DNA of 64,000 nucleotides from Callorhinchus milii (Eukaryota), in the NCBI RefSeq assembly GCF_018977255.1, contig NW_024704742.1, forward strand, positions 107,200,001-107,264,000, written 5' to 3'. Positions within the stretch are counted from its first letter, which is position 1. The number at the start of each line of letters is the position of its first letter. Under the pieces are notes generated by a model. It searched no databases. It saw only the letters and a program-made list of their open reading frames with translations, and was not told the origin of the DNA. Positions 12,983-25,477 of this stretch are shown here, piece after piece. The position numbers and the translations under genes were made by a program.

Positions 12983-15900
12983 ACTCCACTTTAACCCTTT
13001 TAAATGATTTTGTTTATACTGTATGGTCTTCGATGAGCCTCCTGCGCTAGAGAAGCTCCAATGTGATTCATGTTGTCTAAGACCTTGATTTATCTGCATG
13101 ATTAGTGGTGAATTTCTGGTTGAGGCATTGTTGACTTCTAAAATTAAACTGAGAGTATGAGAAGATGGAAAATATGTGTATTTAATCTATGACTTTTATC
13201 TGGGAGATGTAATCACCTAAAAACTTTTAGCACTCGCTGTGGCAAAGAAGGAAAACATCTTCAAAGTTCAGTATAAATGTGTATTTTCTCTGCCAGTTGC
13301 ATGTTAATGCCTAAATGTTACTCCTATGGCTGAATAGTAAAATAAAATCAAACAAGCTCCACAAAATCTTTGATAGAATACATTACAACTGTTACATTTA
13401 CTTAGTGCCTTTCACATTGGAAGGATGTCCCAAAACACTTGACACTGATGCCTGTGTATCTGAGCTGGGGTGGGAACTAAGGGAGGTGGGTTGGGGAGGG
13501 GAGAAGTGCCGAAAGGCGTGATGAAAGTGATGTGTCTTAAGGTGGACCTAACAGTTCACTGGTTGCAATATTTGGAGTTGATGCATTGCTGATGAAAGAG
13601 TTAGTTACTGGTGTCTGATTGCTGGAAAAAGTGGCTCTCATTGTAAACTGTACATCACATTATCTCAGAAGTCCAGTGTTCTAACCTGAGATCTCCTTGG
13701 GGGCACAGTCTTGTAAGTTAAAATGACTTTGAAGGCTTTCCTATAGAAAACAGTTTATATTACCAGGTGATTTCAGCTGGTTAGGGGCCAGGAACCCAAA
13801 CACTTCCAGCAGCAATCCTTCAGGTGAGTTTGAACTTTCCAAAGTAATCAGTTTGGTATTTGTAAAAACAAGTCTTTCAAACTCAGTCATTCCTGTTGTT
13901 ACTTCCCCAAAGTGCAGCACATGCATGGGAGTTTCTCCAAGTGTCCAGGCCAACAATCTTCTGCGATAAATTATTCAGTTACTTCATGGCTGTTTTTGGC
14001 ATAGTCAAGTTGGCTGCCACTCTTGCTCACATTTGCTTAATTTTACAGCAATTTTCTTTGGAATATTTCAAAGTTATGGGCACTACATTAAAATGTAAGG
14101 ATCATTTTTCTACACTGCAGCCCTATTATAATGTGCTTCTTTAAAGTATGGATTTGGTTATAATGTGATGCTATTTTAACAGTGTACAAAGTACTTTCTA
14201 AGCTCACTTTCTTGTAGGCAGTGTTCATCCTTCCCCCTCACTGGCTCTTTCTGGAGTATGGTATCACTGGCAGCTGTGGTATCAAACCCCAGAATAATGG
14301 AAGGGGAGAAGGGAACAAACTTTTTCAGAGGAAAAGAGGATGGGAGAAAATCGGTGAGAAAAATAAAATACAACTTGTTCTTTGAATTTAAAAGTTCTAC
14401 TTCGGACTCCCAAGGCAGATATGAGCCAGTATTTCAAATGAATTCAACCACTAAATTCAGATATTTATTTTTCTTTTCCCAATGTCTGGGAACTTTAATC
14501 TCTGATAAATTTGAAAACAGACATCATAATACAAGAGCCTAGATGTTCAACCAGTTTGGCTCAGTCTAGCCTCTTTCTAAACTTCTGAATTCTGACAAAA
14601 GTCTAAGAAACTAAACTTGAATCTCTCAGGTACTTGGTTAGTTAGTTTGGTTAAGCTCAGATGCAACGTTTTTGATCCCGATGACTTATTGCTTTGCTTT
14701 ACTGCAATTCTTCATCCTAACAAAATATTAATAAAATATAGAAGCAACAGCTTTCTCTCCAAAATCTTGACTCAGATCTTTATGCTGGAAGGATGTGGTA
14801 CCAGTTGAAAGTGTTACACTCTAATACTTTGACATTTTCCAACTGACAGCTCAATCAATAAAATAAGTGCTCTGGCAATAAAAGAGGCAAACATAAAATA
14901 ATCTAATCCAAGCAGTTAAGACTACAGTACTGCATTAATACAAATCCAGCAATTGCTTACGATCAAATTGTCCACTGGCAAATTAAACCCAGACAATTCT
15001 TTCAGATAAGCCTAGGTGGCAGAACAAGATGACACCGGTTTAAGTCTGTGATGATCAATTTTAAGTCGGGTGAAATTGGTGACACTTGAAAAATGGTTGA
15101 GGCCAGAGATACTTTAAGAAATAGCTTGATGCTATCATGGAAGGAAAGTAGGGTGGGTATTCTGTGAGGGTGAGGTGAAATGGGCTAAAAGGCTTTCTTC
15201 ATCCAAATCTTGTAAACCGTGTGAACTTAAGAGTTGATCTTAATGATGTTCTAATGTGTGTTTTAAAAAGCCTTAGGTTATTCCATCATAAAATACTGAG
15301 AAAAATCATCTCAACAGAATATAGAAAAAGCGAGCGTGATTGATGTTGCATTGAATGCCAGTAATTCAACAACAACAACTTGCACTTATATAGCGCCCTT
15401 CACGCAGGGTAGCATCTCATGTCTTTAGCATCACTGTTCAGTCACAACAGTAGAATATAGATAAGATAGGAAATGATAAACTCAAAAAAATGAAATGCAG
15501 AGTCTGGTTTAAAAATGACTGAATATTGGGAAGCAGAACTATGTTACAGACTTGATCTGTAAGATTATTTGTTATTATTGTTATACTTATTATTCTTATT
15601 ATTAACCGTGCCTATCTATTGTGGATGATATTTACACTACATGTTTGAAAAGAATATTATGTTTCAAGCACATGTAATACATTTTTCCAGAAATATTCAC
15701 TAGAAAGAAGACCTTTATTAAAGGAAACTTGCATTTGCTGATTTGGGTTGTTGAATACATTGTTCGGATTATCTGATGTGGTTGCTGAATGTCATTAGAA
15801 GAGCAGACATAAAGGCTGAAATTCCAGCACATAAATATTGCAAAAGCTAATGACAATTGATGGGTCTGGGTTGTACTGATTCAGCTGTGCTCAGATATAC

Positions 15901-18355
15901 CAGGGAAGGAACACATCTTCCCTAGCATTCGGTCCAGCAAGTGGGTGATGGTGAATTCAATCAAACTGGGTTGCAGGGAGTTCTCTAGCACGGTCATTAG
16001 GGAGCTGAACCAGGCTGTAGCACTCTAGCTACCATGTAAGGCAGAACATTGCCTAAACCTGGAGCTTAGAGATATCCATGCCATCCGGGAACAAGGATTA
16101 TATTGGCCATGGATGGGTATGCGCTGTATCCTTCTGAATTCAGCTTTGGAGACATTTGCTTCCATATATTGTGTTGTACAAACACCAAACCACTACCAGA
16201 CCTGTCCATTTCCTGAAGGTGAAACTCCAGAAACAGTACACAGATTTTCACACTGCCAATAAACATTCATTATTCATTGTTTCACTGTAGAGATGTCCAT
16301 AGCTATATAATGTAATGGACAGAGGAAGATCTGATGAGAGGTTGTGTAACATCTGCACACAAAACTAACTTTTGTTTAATACAGAGAAGTCTACACGTAA
16401 GAGCAGGCAATCACGGAAGTTAAAGAATATTTTAGTGGTGATGATGAAAATGGTAAAAGGAAAGAATGATTGAAGTTGCTTTTAGGTGAATTGAATAGTT
16501 CAGGAAAACAATTCATATTCGGAGGAGCTGAATTTCTCTTTCTGCTGGCTGTAAAGATCCCATATGAAATGAGTTTGGACAACCTCTGGGACATTTTTCA
16601 TGACAATTTGGTTGCTTGAGCAGTTTCCCATTGATTGACACCACTCCTGCTTTAGGCTAAAACCACAAAGCCTATTCTTCTATTCTAAACCAGAAATGTT
16701 TTGCACTGGCAGGCTTGCGCTGCGCAGATTAAGTGTTGAAACAAGAATCTAAAGCTGTAGTGATAAATAGGCTTGTGCAGTATAAGTCATCATAGTCACC
16801 ATCAGACTTTTGACATTAAATTCATTCAATCTTTTAGACATTATAATGAAATTATTTCCTTAAATGAGCTGTAATAGTGACAACTTCCATTTGTCCCATG
16901 TCATTTGCAACAAACAGTTTCAGTATTGATTAAGTATTTCCACCTACAGTCTTGGCATTTAATCAACATGGAAGTTGTTGATTATCTGGAATACCCCAGA
17001 CAAACAGAAAACTTCTGTTTAAACATACACGTGCGTAGCATTTACCAAGCAAGTGCTGCATCTATAGTTATTTAATCATGTACGTTCTGCGAGCAACAAC
17101 TGACTTTTAAAGTTTCATAGTGTAACAAAATTGCGCAACTATAGCTCCAGAGAATTGGACTGACAGCTAGGCCTGCGGTGTCTGAACTTGCACTTCAACT
17201 CATAGTTGCAGTTGGGTTTTTTCACTGTGGAGTGAATTTGTGAGGTTGTTGTGACATAAGGGGGCAGTGCACGTTCTACAGGAGAGCAACAAGGATGATT
17301 CCCAATGTTAGAGGGATGAAAATGAGGAATGATTAGAAAACTAGGGCTCTTCAGGCTTGAAAGCAGCATCTCAGAAAGATCGTATATAGATATGTAATCT
17401 ATATTGTGAGATAGAGAAAGCAAACCCAGGACATTTTTTCAGGTATGCCAAGGCAGCAGCACACATGTTCAAATCTGTGAAGGCGAATTTTAGGACAGAT
17501 ATTAGGAATTATTTTGTTAGTGGATAATCAATGGCTGGAACACATTAATACAAATTTGGTGGAGGCCAAGACATTGTACTCTTTTTTTAAAAAAAGGTTG
17601 CACCTGTAATGGAAAGAATTATTGAGGGTATTGTTGAATGATATGATCAAATGAGTTGAAGGGGCTTCATCGTCCAAACTTCTCTTGTGATCTTGGAGTC
17701 TGTGGATGAGAAGCCAGTGGGGGAGGGGTGATTGTCACAGCCAGCAGGTGCACCTCTTGGTAGATCAACTAAGGGATAGTATTAACCACATCCTTGATGT
17801 TATCTACTGGTTGGAACATCCAGACCTTCTAACTGAGGTAGAACATTATTACATTGAAACATCCCAAAGTGCTTCACAGGTAACTACTGCCAAGTAGTTG
17901 TGGCTCTATATTGAAGGCAAACATGACAGCCATTTGCATTACAGAATCTTCTGAAATCCTTTTAATTTTTGTCAACTACGTAATTCAGAGCAGTTGTTAT
18001 TCATTCTCCACACATATGTTTACAGACGGTTAACACAACACACAATCAAACACCAATGGTCAACTTTTGCTTATTAATAACACTCTTCAGCAAAAGGAAA
18101 CTTGGAAGATCTTACCTGAGCTGTTGTAAGAGAATAAGAACAAATTTAATTAGTGAAGACAGCTGCAGTTCGAGAAGTGAATAAAAAACTCCAAAAAAAA
18201 AGGTTAATGGGATTTTGGGCTGTGTGCAGTTAGTCTATGTCAAAAGTCTCTTGAATAGGAATATCTTGATTCAAACTTTTCAATCCCATCGTTCAAGAAT
18301 GCTTTAAATCAAACACATACACATTGATGCGATCAATTTAGCAATGTTTCAATAG

Positions 18356-18535
18356 AATTTCTTAATTAAGAAATTAAATCCATGAAGCCAACTCACAGGA
18401 ACAGCGTTCAAACTCAATCTATTTTTGCAAAACAGAATTCCCTCGAGTCACCACACTGTCCTTGATGTACTTCCAGTTTCCGGAAGGAGTCCCCACTCGA
18501 ATTTCTTAATTAAGAAATCTGTTTAAGAAATTCCA
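18356..18535. repeat. Palindrome-bounded MITE-like element
   Basis: Perfect 20-bp palindrome AATTTCTTAATTAAGAAATT at 18356-18375 and an 18-bp copy at 18501-18518. Confidence 0.5.
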
Positions 18536-18986
18536 CAAAATTGACTCTCGGTCATTTCAGAAGCAATGCAAGTAGTAGGTTAATTATCTCATGGCATGTG
18601 TCCTCTGGTAGTTTGGGATCTTGGCTACAGGGAATAATTTACTGTCATCAATATTTTCAGGTCCCTTCACCATTTGCAAAACTTCAATTGAGTCAACTCA
18701 AGGTCTTCCTTTTGAAAGAAAATAAAACCAGCTGGGAACAAGCACGAAGGGTGTACTGCTCCAATTGCTAAAAATAGAGAAGTACCTGAAGTGTCTTGGG
18801 CTGTTTGTCACTATTCACTGATAAATAACCAGACTAACATTTAACATTCATAATTTAATTATATTTATTATTCAATATGCAATTACAGAAATCTGTCTTT
18901 TCTGTCATTTCTGCATTTCTGCAGTGATTCTGTGCCTAACCTAGAAATATTGAACTTATATCTCAAAATAGGAGAGATAATAGGTT

Positions 18987-19625
18987 GATTTTTTTTTGGT
19001 CATTCTGGTCTCTGACACTAAGTGGCAGAAACACATCATCATTATTAACTGTATCCAAACCGAGAGTTCTATGCATCCAGCTTTTCATGGAAATTCTAGA
19101 GATGTTTATTGGAATGAATTGTGCACTATTTTCCTGGAGGGACGCATCCTGCTTACCTAATTCCAGAGAGTATTAGCTGCAGATTGACAAGAGCCAAGGC
19201 TTGGGGACCCCAAAGTGTGCATTGCGCTACTACTGGAGTTAAACCAGCGTAAACCTGTAGCTCAGTGGTTAGAGCACTGACTTTGCAAACGAGAGACCTG
19301 GGTTCGATTCCCGGCAGGGTGAAATCTTGGGCAAGTTTCCTTACTCCACACACCTGATAATAATCCCTTAAAAAAAAACAATAATAAATTGGTCATTTCA
19401 ATCCACAACTGTTTGTGGGACATTGCTGTGTGCAATTGGCTGCCGCGTTTCACCCACAAATATACAGTCAATTCACTTTACAGTCTATTCTGTAAAGCGT
19501 TTTGAGACGTCTAGAAGACGTGAAAAGTGCTATATCAAATGCAAGGATTATTATTATTATTATAAAACCATTTAGCTTGCCATTGAGAGCGCTGTCTGAC
19601 AAGCTTTCCCGCCGCTTGACCAGCT
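18987..19625 (-). repeat. Unclassified A-tailed repeat (family X), interrupted by a SINE
   Basis: Matches 50870-51370 in reverse orientation on both sides of the SINE. Confidence 0.65.
19254..19563 (+). mobile_element. tRNA-derived SINE, subfamily C
   Basis: Consensus head, body and (TTA)n tail. Confidence 0.9.
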
Positions 19626-19872
19626 TCTTATTCTTAAAATTTAGTGTGTCCCATCATATTTCGATTCTTTTTCTTCTCACTGACATATGCCTTTCTGTTC
19701 CTGGTCTGACCTTCTCTTGTTGGGCTGCAATTCTGCAAGGGTTGGTTTCCCTACAGTTCTCTACCCAACTGGCCAATGTTCCCACAGGAGCCTTGACAGT
19801 GAGTGCTGACCGGCCACTTGACTATAGATGGTTTCACAGCCAAGCCTGACAGCTCCTCACAAATGCAAAGCC

Positions 19873-20256
19873 AATAATAATATCATAATAATCCTTGCAT
19901 TTGATGTAGCACCTTATCATGTTTTTGAAATGTCTCAAAGAGCTTCACAGGATATACTGTAAAGTGTAGTGACTGTATGTTTTGTGGGAGATACGCAGCA
20001 GCCAATTGCGCACAGCAGTGTCCCACAAACAGTTGTGGATTAAGTGACCAAATTATTATTATTTATTTTATTATGATTTTTTTTGAAGAGGTTATTACCC
20101 CCAGAAATCAATCTACCAGTCGGGTTCCTACTTACTGTAAGGCAAACACAGGCGTGTGGAGTAAGGAAATTTGCCTGAGATTTTGCCCTGCTCGGGAATC
20201 GAACCTGGATCCTCTCGCTTGCGAGACAAGCGTGCTAACCAATATACTACAGCACT
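19873..20256 (-). mobile_element. tRNA-derived SINE, subfamily B
   Basis: Consensus match including the CORE-like block. Confidence 0.85.
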
Positions 20257-20721
20257 GTAGAGGATCAAGAGAAGGAATTTCTCTCATGGCTGGCTTTCCA
20301 CTCCCTAATTCCAGGAAGACTAGGGCCAATTTAGCCTCTGCACAACACGGTATAGTCCATTCAAACCAATGAATTCCTGGTCTGTAACGCTGAAGTACAC
20401 CACCATGTCCTTTTGGAAGATTTCTTAATTTTATTCCTTAATAAGAAATCCTGTTGAATTCTTCTTCACCTGAGAGGCTGGGGGGTGAGAAATGCCTATC
20501 TGGAGGTGGGTCATGTTAGAATGGAGTTCCATGGGTTGGAGTAATTTCCAGTTATCAGAAGGAGGCCCCATTTGCACAATTTAGAGTCCTTAATAATCAG
20601 AAGCATAAAAAAGCATAAAAAGAGAATTGTGTGATATGTCAGACTGATACAACCAACAATGAAACTATTCTGGATGTTGCCTTGTGTAGTGTTGGGCAAT
20701 GAGAGTAAATAATATTGATCT

Positions 20722-21364
20722 CTCACACTGCAGGCAACCTAGACCCTCATACACACATTCATCACATCCAGGCTTGACTGTGCAAATTCCCTGCTTGTCG
20801 GCCTCCCCAACTCCTCCCTCCATAGGCTGAAGATCATCCAGAACTCTGCAGCCCATGTCCTCTTCCACATCAGGCTCTGAGACCCTGTCACCCCCAGCCT
20901 CACCCAACTCCATTGGCTTCCTGTCACACAGAGGATACAGTTCAAGATCCTGGTCCTCACTTTCAAAGCCCTCCATTGTCTCTTGCTCCCCCTTACCTCT
21001 GTGACCTCCTAACCCTCTACCAGTCTACCCACTCCCTCCGCTCAATGGGCAAAGGCTTGCTTCACGTCCCCTGCCTCGCCCACCCCACTATTGGCGGTGG
21101 GCCTTCAGCCACTCTGTCCCCACTCTCTGCAACTCCATCCCACAGCCCCTCCGCCTCGCCCCCTCCCTTGGCTCCTTCAAGACCCATCGCAAGACCCTCT
21201 TTTTCAACCGTGCCTTCGATCATCCTCCTTCCCCCCCTGCCCTCCACCCTCCCTGATCTCGACCCCCAGCTCGGGTCCAAAACACTGACTGTCCAGCACC
21301 TTGGGATGTCCTCCTGACGTGAAAGATGCTGTACAAATGTAATTTTGTTGTTGTAGTTGTTGTT
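20722..21364 (+). mobile_element. L2 LINE 3' fragment
   Basis: Remnants HTFITSRLDCANSLL and LHWLPVTQRIQFK, a C-rich 3' UTR and a (TTG)n tail. Confidence 0.85.
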
Positions 21365-24349
21365 TAGCAGGCTTAACAGAAGGAGATAAAAAGATGAGTG
21401 CAGATATATTGTGTCTCATAATAGGGTTCACTCTACTATTATAGTCCTAAACTAACATATATGCCATTTATAATTGATATAATATTTTTTAATGGCTTAA
21501 TTAAGTGTTACTATATAATTCAAAGGCACATTTTGGAGCATCTTCTTTCTGAATCAGCAAATAATGCCATTTCATGAGCTGCATTATTCCGTATTATTGA
21601 TCGCCTCGCTCTCTCTTTCCCTCGTTCGTGAGACATAGACAGACAAAGCAATCCCTTTAGCTTCCAGCAAACTATTTCGCACAGTGTGGTAAATAACATT
21701 TCAAACTAATTATGTTATGGGCTGTTATCTGGTGCCTTTATTTTGTAAATGCAAAAGCAATTAAGATGATATGGTGCTTTACCCCCAATCAGATTTACTC
21801 GAGCGTAACATACCTCATTATGCATTATCATAAATTAGAACTCACAAGAAAACTAATCACAGAACAGGATCTACCTATTCCATGGAGCTATTAATCATGA
21901 GATATAACCTGCTGTGTTATTTAAAAGGAAATAGTACAAAGGAATTATGTTGAACAGTTCACAGGTTAGTACTATTTAAGCAGCCTAATAATACATCTAC
22001 AAATGCCTTATTGTGAGTGTTTAATTGTCTGATATGCTAAAACACTGAGGTTGCTGTCCTGCATTTCATACATTGGGGTCTTCTTTGAATTGTTCAATCT
22101 TTCAGCAGTGTATTACCAACATAATGAAATATAGCACAATCTGTAACAGAACAGCATAATGAAGTTCATTGAGCTAATAAAAGAATAAATTAAATCAGTC
22201 ACAAGAAGTATTTGGAGTTTTGTAGGAAACCTGCCTTATTGTTATTCATGATTGTATGAAATGCACAAATTGCACATTTATTTACTTCCCTCATTTATCG
22301 TCCCAAACGCTTTTGTCACAAATACCAGACCATTTCCCCACAATGGTGACACAATCATCATTTGGTGAAATGTGATAATTTAATCAAGTTAAAACACTTT
22401 TCAAAATGCTTTTTAATTGTAAGGTAATTGTCAAGAGCAGAGCATACTCAGAAAGGGCTTTAGATTTGTTTTGTGCTTTTTGATACAAATGACTATTAAC
22501 AACCAGAGTAAGATAGACATCCTATTTGTGCATGCAATGTAAGCAACGCTTCATGAGGTATTTGTTCACCTATGGTAGAGAGCAAAGCTTCAAGAATAGG
22601 TAGGCAAGACAGATGACCCAGGAATAACTGCAGCTTCTTCTTGAAAGGATAACCTCTTCTGTTGATGGGAGGAAGGGAGGAAATAAATAACATCTAGAAA
22701 AGGAAGAACTAAAATTAATGGATTCAAATTAGGTTGCACAGCTGACAGAGTTTCATGATCAACTAAAAATTGTTTTAATTGATATAATAACAGTAAACAA
22801 CATAGGAACGAGGAGTAAAGCATTCATCCTGTCGAGCACTCTACAAAGCAAAGTGGGAAGACATGTTAATTTTACTGCAACGTGTACAGAGAGGTTGCTT
22901 GCAAGATCCCCTCGAGGGCTTCTGTCAAGACTGAGGAGCCCCAGCTTGTCTATCTGGGAGATGGCAAAACGTAGCTGAGTTCTGGACTCCTTCACATTTC
23001 TCTCCAATGTCACATGAAAGCCAGCATGTAATTCTGCAACACGGCATGTTACACATCGACTTCTGTTGAAAGCATGTGCATTCCTATTCAGCTCAGTTTT
23101 ATCAGTTAGATTGGCATGCCTTTGCCTGTACCAGTGGACCCCACGTTACTGTCCTTTCCTCACCAGTTCTCAGTGTCTCATCCTGGGATTCCTCAGCAAT
23201 ATCAACATTTCCCACAGAATAAGTATCCGTACTGCTTTGCTTTGAGCAGTTGTATTTAAATGTTCATGTTCAGTGTGTGATGCTCCAGCAGCAAACACTA
23301 CTGGGTTCTTCTTGATCTCTGAAGAGAGCAGATGGTTCATTATCAGTACTAATTCACTCATAACCATTAGGGTCCTGCATTACACAACTATACTACTCGC
23401 AATACAACTGAAACAATGTTAATGCAAATCATTTACAACTTGTAACTTCACTAATGTGCATATAGGTCCTGTCTTCTCACTGCACACTGCAATGTGTGGG
23501 ATTATTCCAGGAGTGGACTCGCCCGGCCTTTTCACGCTCTTTCCTTTTTTATTGGACCAGAGAGTGTCCAATGCACAAGAATGTCTGCTTTACCTTGGTA
23601 CTTTTTCTGAAAGTCGTGGAATTTGGTTCACCCTCAGAGAGTCACAGTGTTGTCTTTGTCTGTCACCTCGTTTCACATTTAGTGACTCCTTTGCATATGT
23701 CGGAAAGGAGGAGTGGAGTGCACCTCCTCCATCAAAATTATCTTCCATTCCATTACAGCGTCCAGCAGAGCTTGTCCAAAACGCTGCTTTTGCAGTTTTG
23801 ATATTCTGCCAATTTAACTTCACAATCTGCATTTCACAGCTGCACTCAGACTACTTTTTTTAATTTTATGAGCTTAAGTGCTTTGTTAGGTTCATCAGAA
23901 ATGTATTACCAATTAGTGCTCAATTTAAGGGCATTGTTTTACTGTATGGCAGCTGAGACTGCCCACTCTTAGTTAAAAATCCCCATTCTTGTTAGAAATA
24001 GAAATAGAATATGTTAGCTCTTCAGTGAGATGAATGTAGACCCACCTGTAATACAGACACATCTGCTGGAAAGACACATTTGTGGGCAACATATCTGTAG
24101 TAGGCAGAAACGTTTTTATGTACTTCAGCAATGTCTGCCCAGCAATCCCGAGATAAAATTGATCATTTACTTCTTGGCTGCCTGTGAGACATTGCTGTGA
24201 GCGAATTGGCTGCTACCAATTCAAAACCTACAAAATACACAGTGGCTACACTCTGCAGTAAATCATGTGAAGTGCTTTGAAACGTTCGGTGATGTGATAA
24301 GACGCATCACCAAATGTGAGGATTATTAATATACATGCAGGCATCTCCC

Positions 24350-24880
24350 ATGGTGAAGGAATAGTTCTGTTTATTCCTTCTCAGAACTCTTGCTCTTCCT
24401 CTCGTCAACATTTATGAAGTTGCTTCTTCTGGCAAAGTTGTTTGTTAGTGAGTCCAATGACCAGCTCCTAGTCTCCTGTAATTCAATTTTGTTTTGTATG
24501 TTACTTTATCTTTTCCAGGCTACGACTTCAAAACATCTCTGTGAATGAAGTGACACCTCCAAGCAAAGGCAAAGAGGTGAGAAAATCTATCTTAAAAGAG
24601 GGGCTGTCAGTGGAATGGGGCTTAAAAGTGCTTTGTTTCATGCCTATAACTGCTAACAAGTTAATATCCTCTGTTTCTGTACAGATACCATCAACCTGAC
24701 CCAATATATTATGTCGCTCTTTTCATTGACTGCAAAGCCTATAGATAGAGCTGGAGGCATGGCCCGTGGGTCCGAAACTTGAATCATTTTGTGAACTTCT
24801 TCTGCCGCAAGGAGATTTCGTACAGTTGTTAGAAGATGGATCATTTTGATGGGTATCAGGACAAGGCAGGAGAATATAAT
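24350..24880 (-). pseudogene. Decayed coding-like segment, copy 1 of an internal duplication
   Basis: About 115 codons with one TGA (PDTHQNDPSSNNCTKSPCGRRSSQNDSSFGPTGHASSSIYRLCSQ*KERH...KIDFLTSLPLLGG), then further stops and a frameshift. Codon-aligned with 28760-29130. Confidence 0.45.
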
Positions 24881-25294
24881 GTACTCAATTGCTGCAGTAT
24901 TTGGAATGAATTATAGCAGAAAATGGTGATAAATATCTAAGACTCAGAGCAGATTAATGCGCAGAGATAATTTAGGTAGTGACTGACAGGTGAGAAAAGG
25001 AAAGGAAAGGCCCTGTCAGTAGGCCATTGTTAAGAGGTCATTTTGTCACTAAATGATTTAATCCACTGCAGCAAAGCATTAAAGTCATCATAAAACTTTA
25101 TGGCAACGATGACTATAGTCATCATGTCATAACATTGCCACCTGCAAGGATTGTAATGTCCATTCTATGAGGAGAAATTCCACCTGGGCCTTGATTTACT
25201 TATGCAGCATTCTAAAAAGTCTAGAATTTGAGAATATTGAATTTAGTTTTAACTTTGCAGTTAGTTTGCTTTAGTTCATAAATTAATTTAGAGT

Positions 25295-25477
25295 AACAAT
25301 ATTAAATTGGTCACTTCAATCCACGACTGTTTGTGGGACACTGCTGTGCGCAATTGGCTGCCGTGTTTGGCCTACAAATATACAGTCAATTCACTTTACA
25401 GTATATTCTGTGAAGCACTTTGAGACGTCTAGAAGACGTGAAAAGTGCTATATCAAATGCAAGGATTATTATTATTA
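25295..25477 (+). mobile_element. 5'-truncated SINE
   Basis: 3' half of the SINE consensus. Confidence 0.8.

Noticed and set aside
24519..24576. Plus-strand micro-exon (ttttccag|...GAG|gtgaga)
   Set aside because: Isolated, not frame-symmetric, and the donor is not kept in the paralogous copy. The minus-strand reading explains the homology better, though it is not fully excluded.
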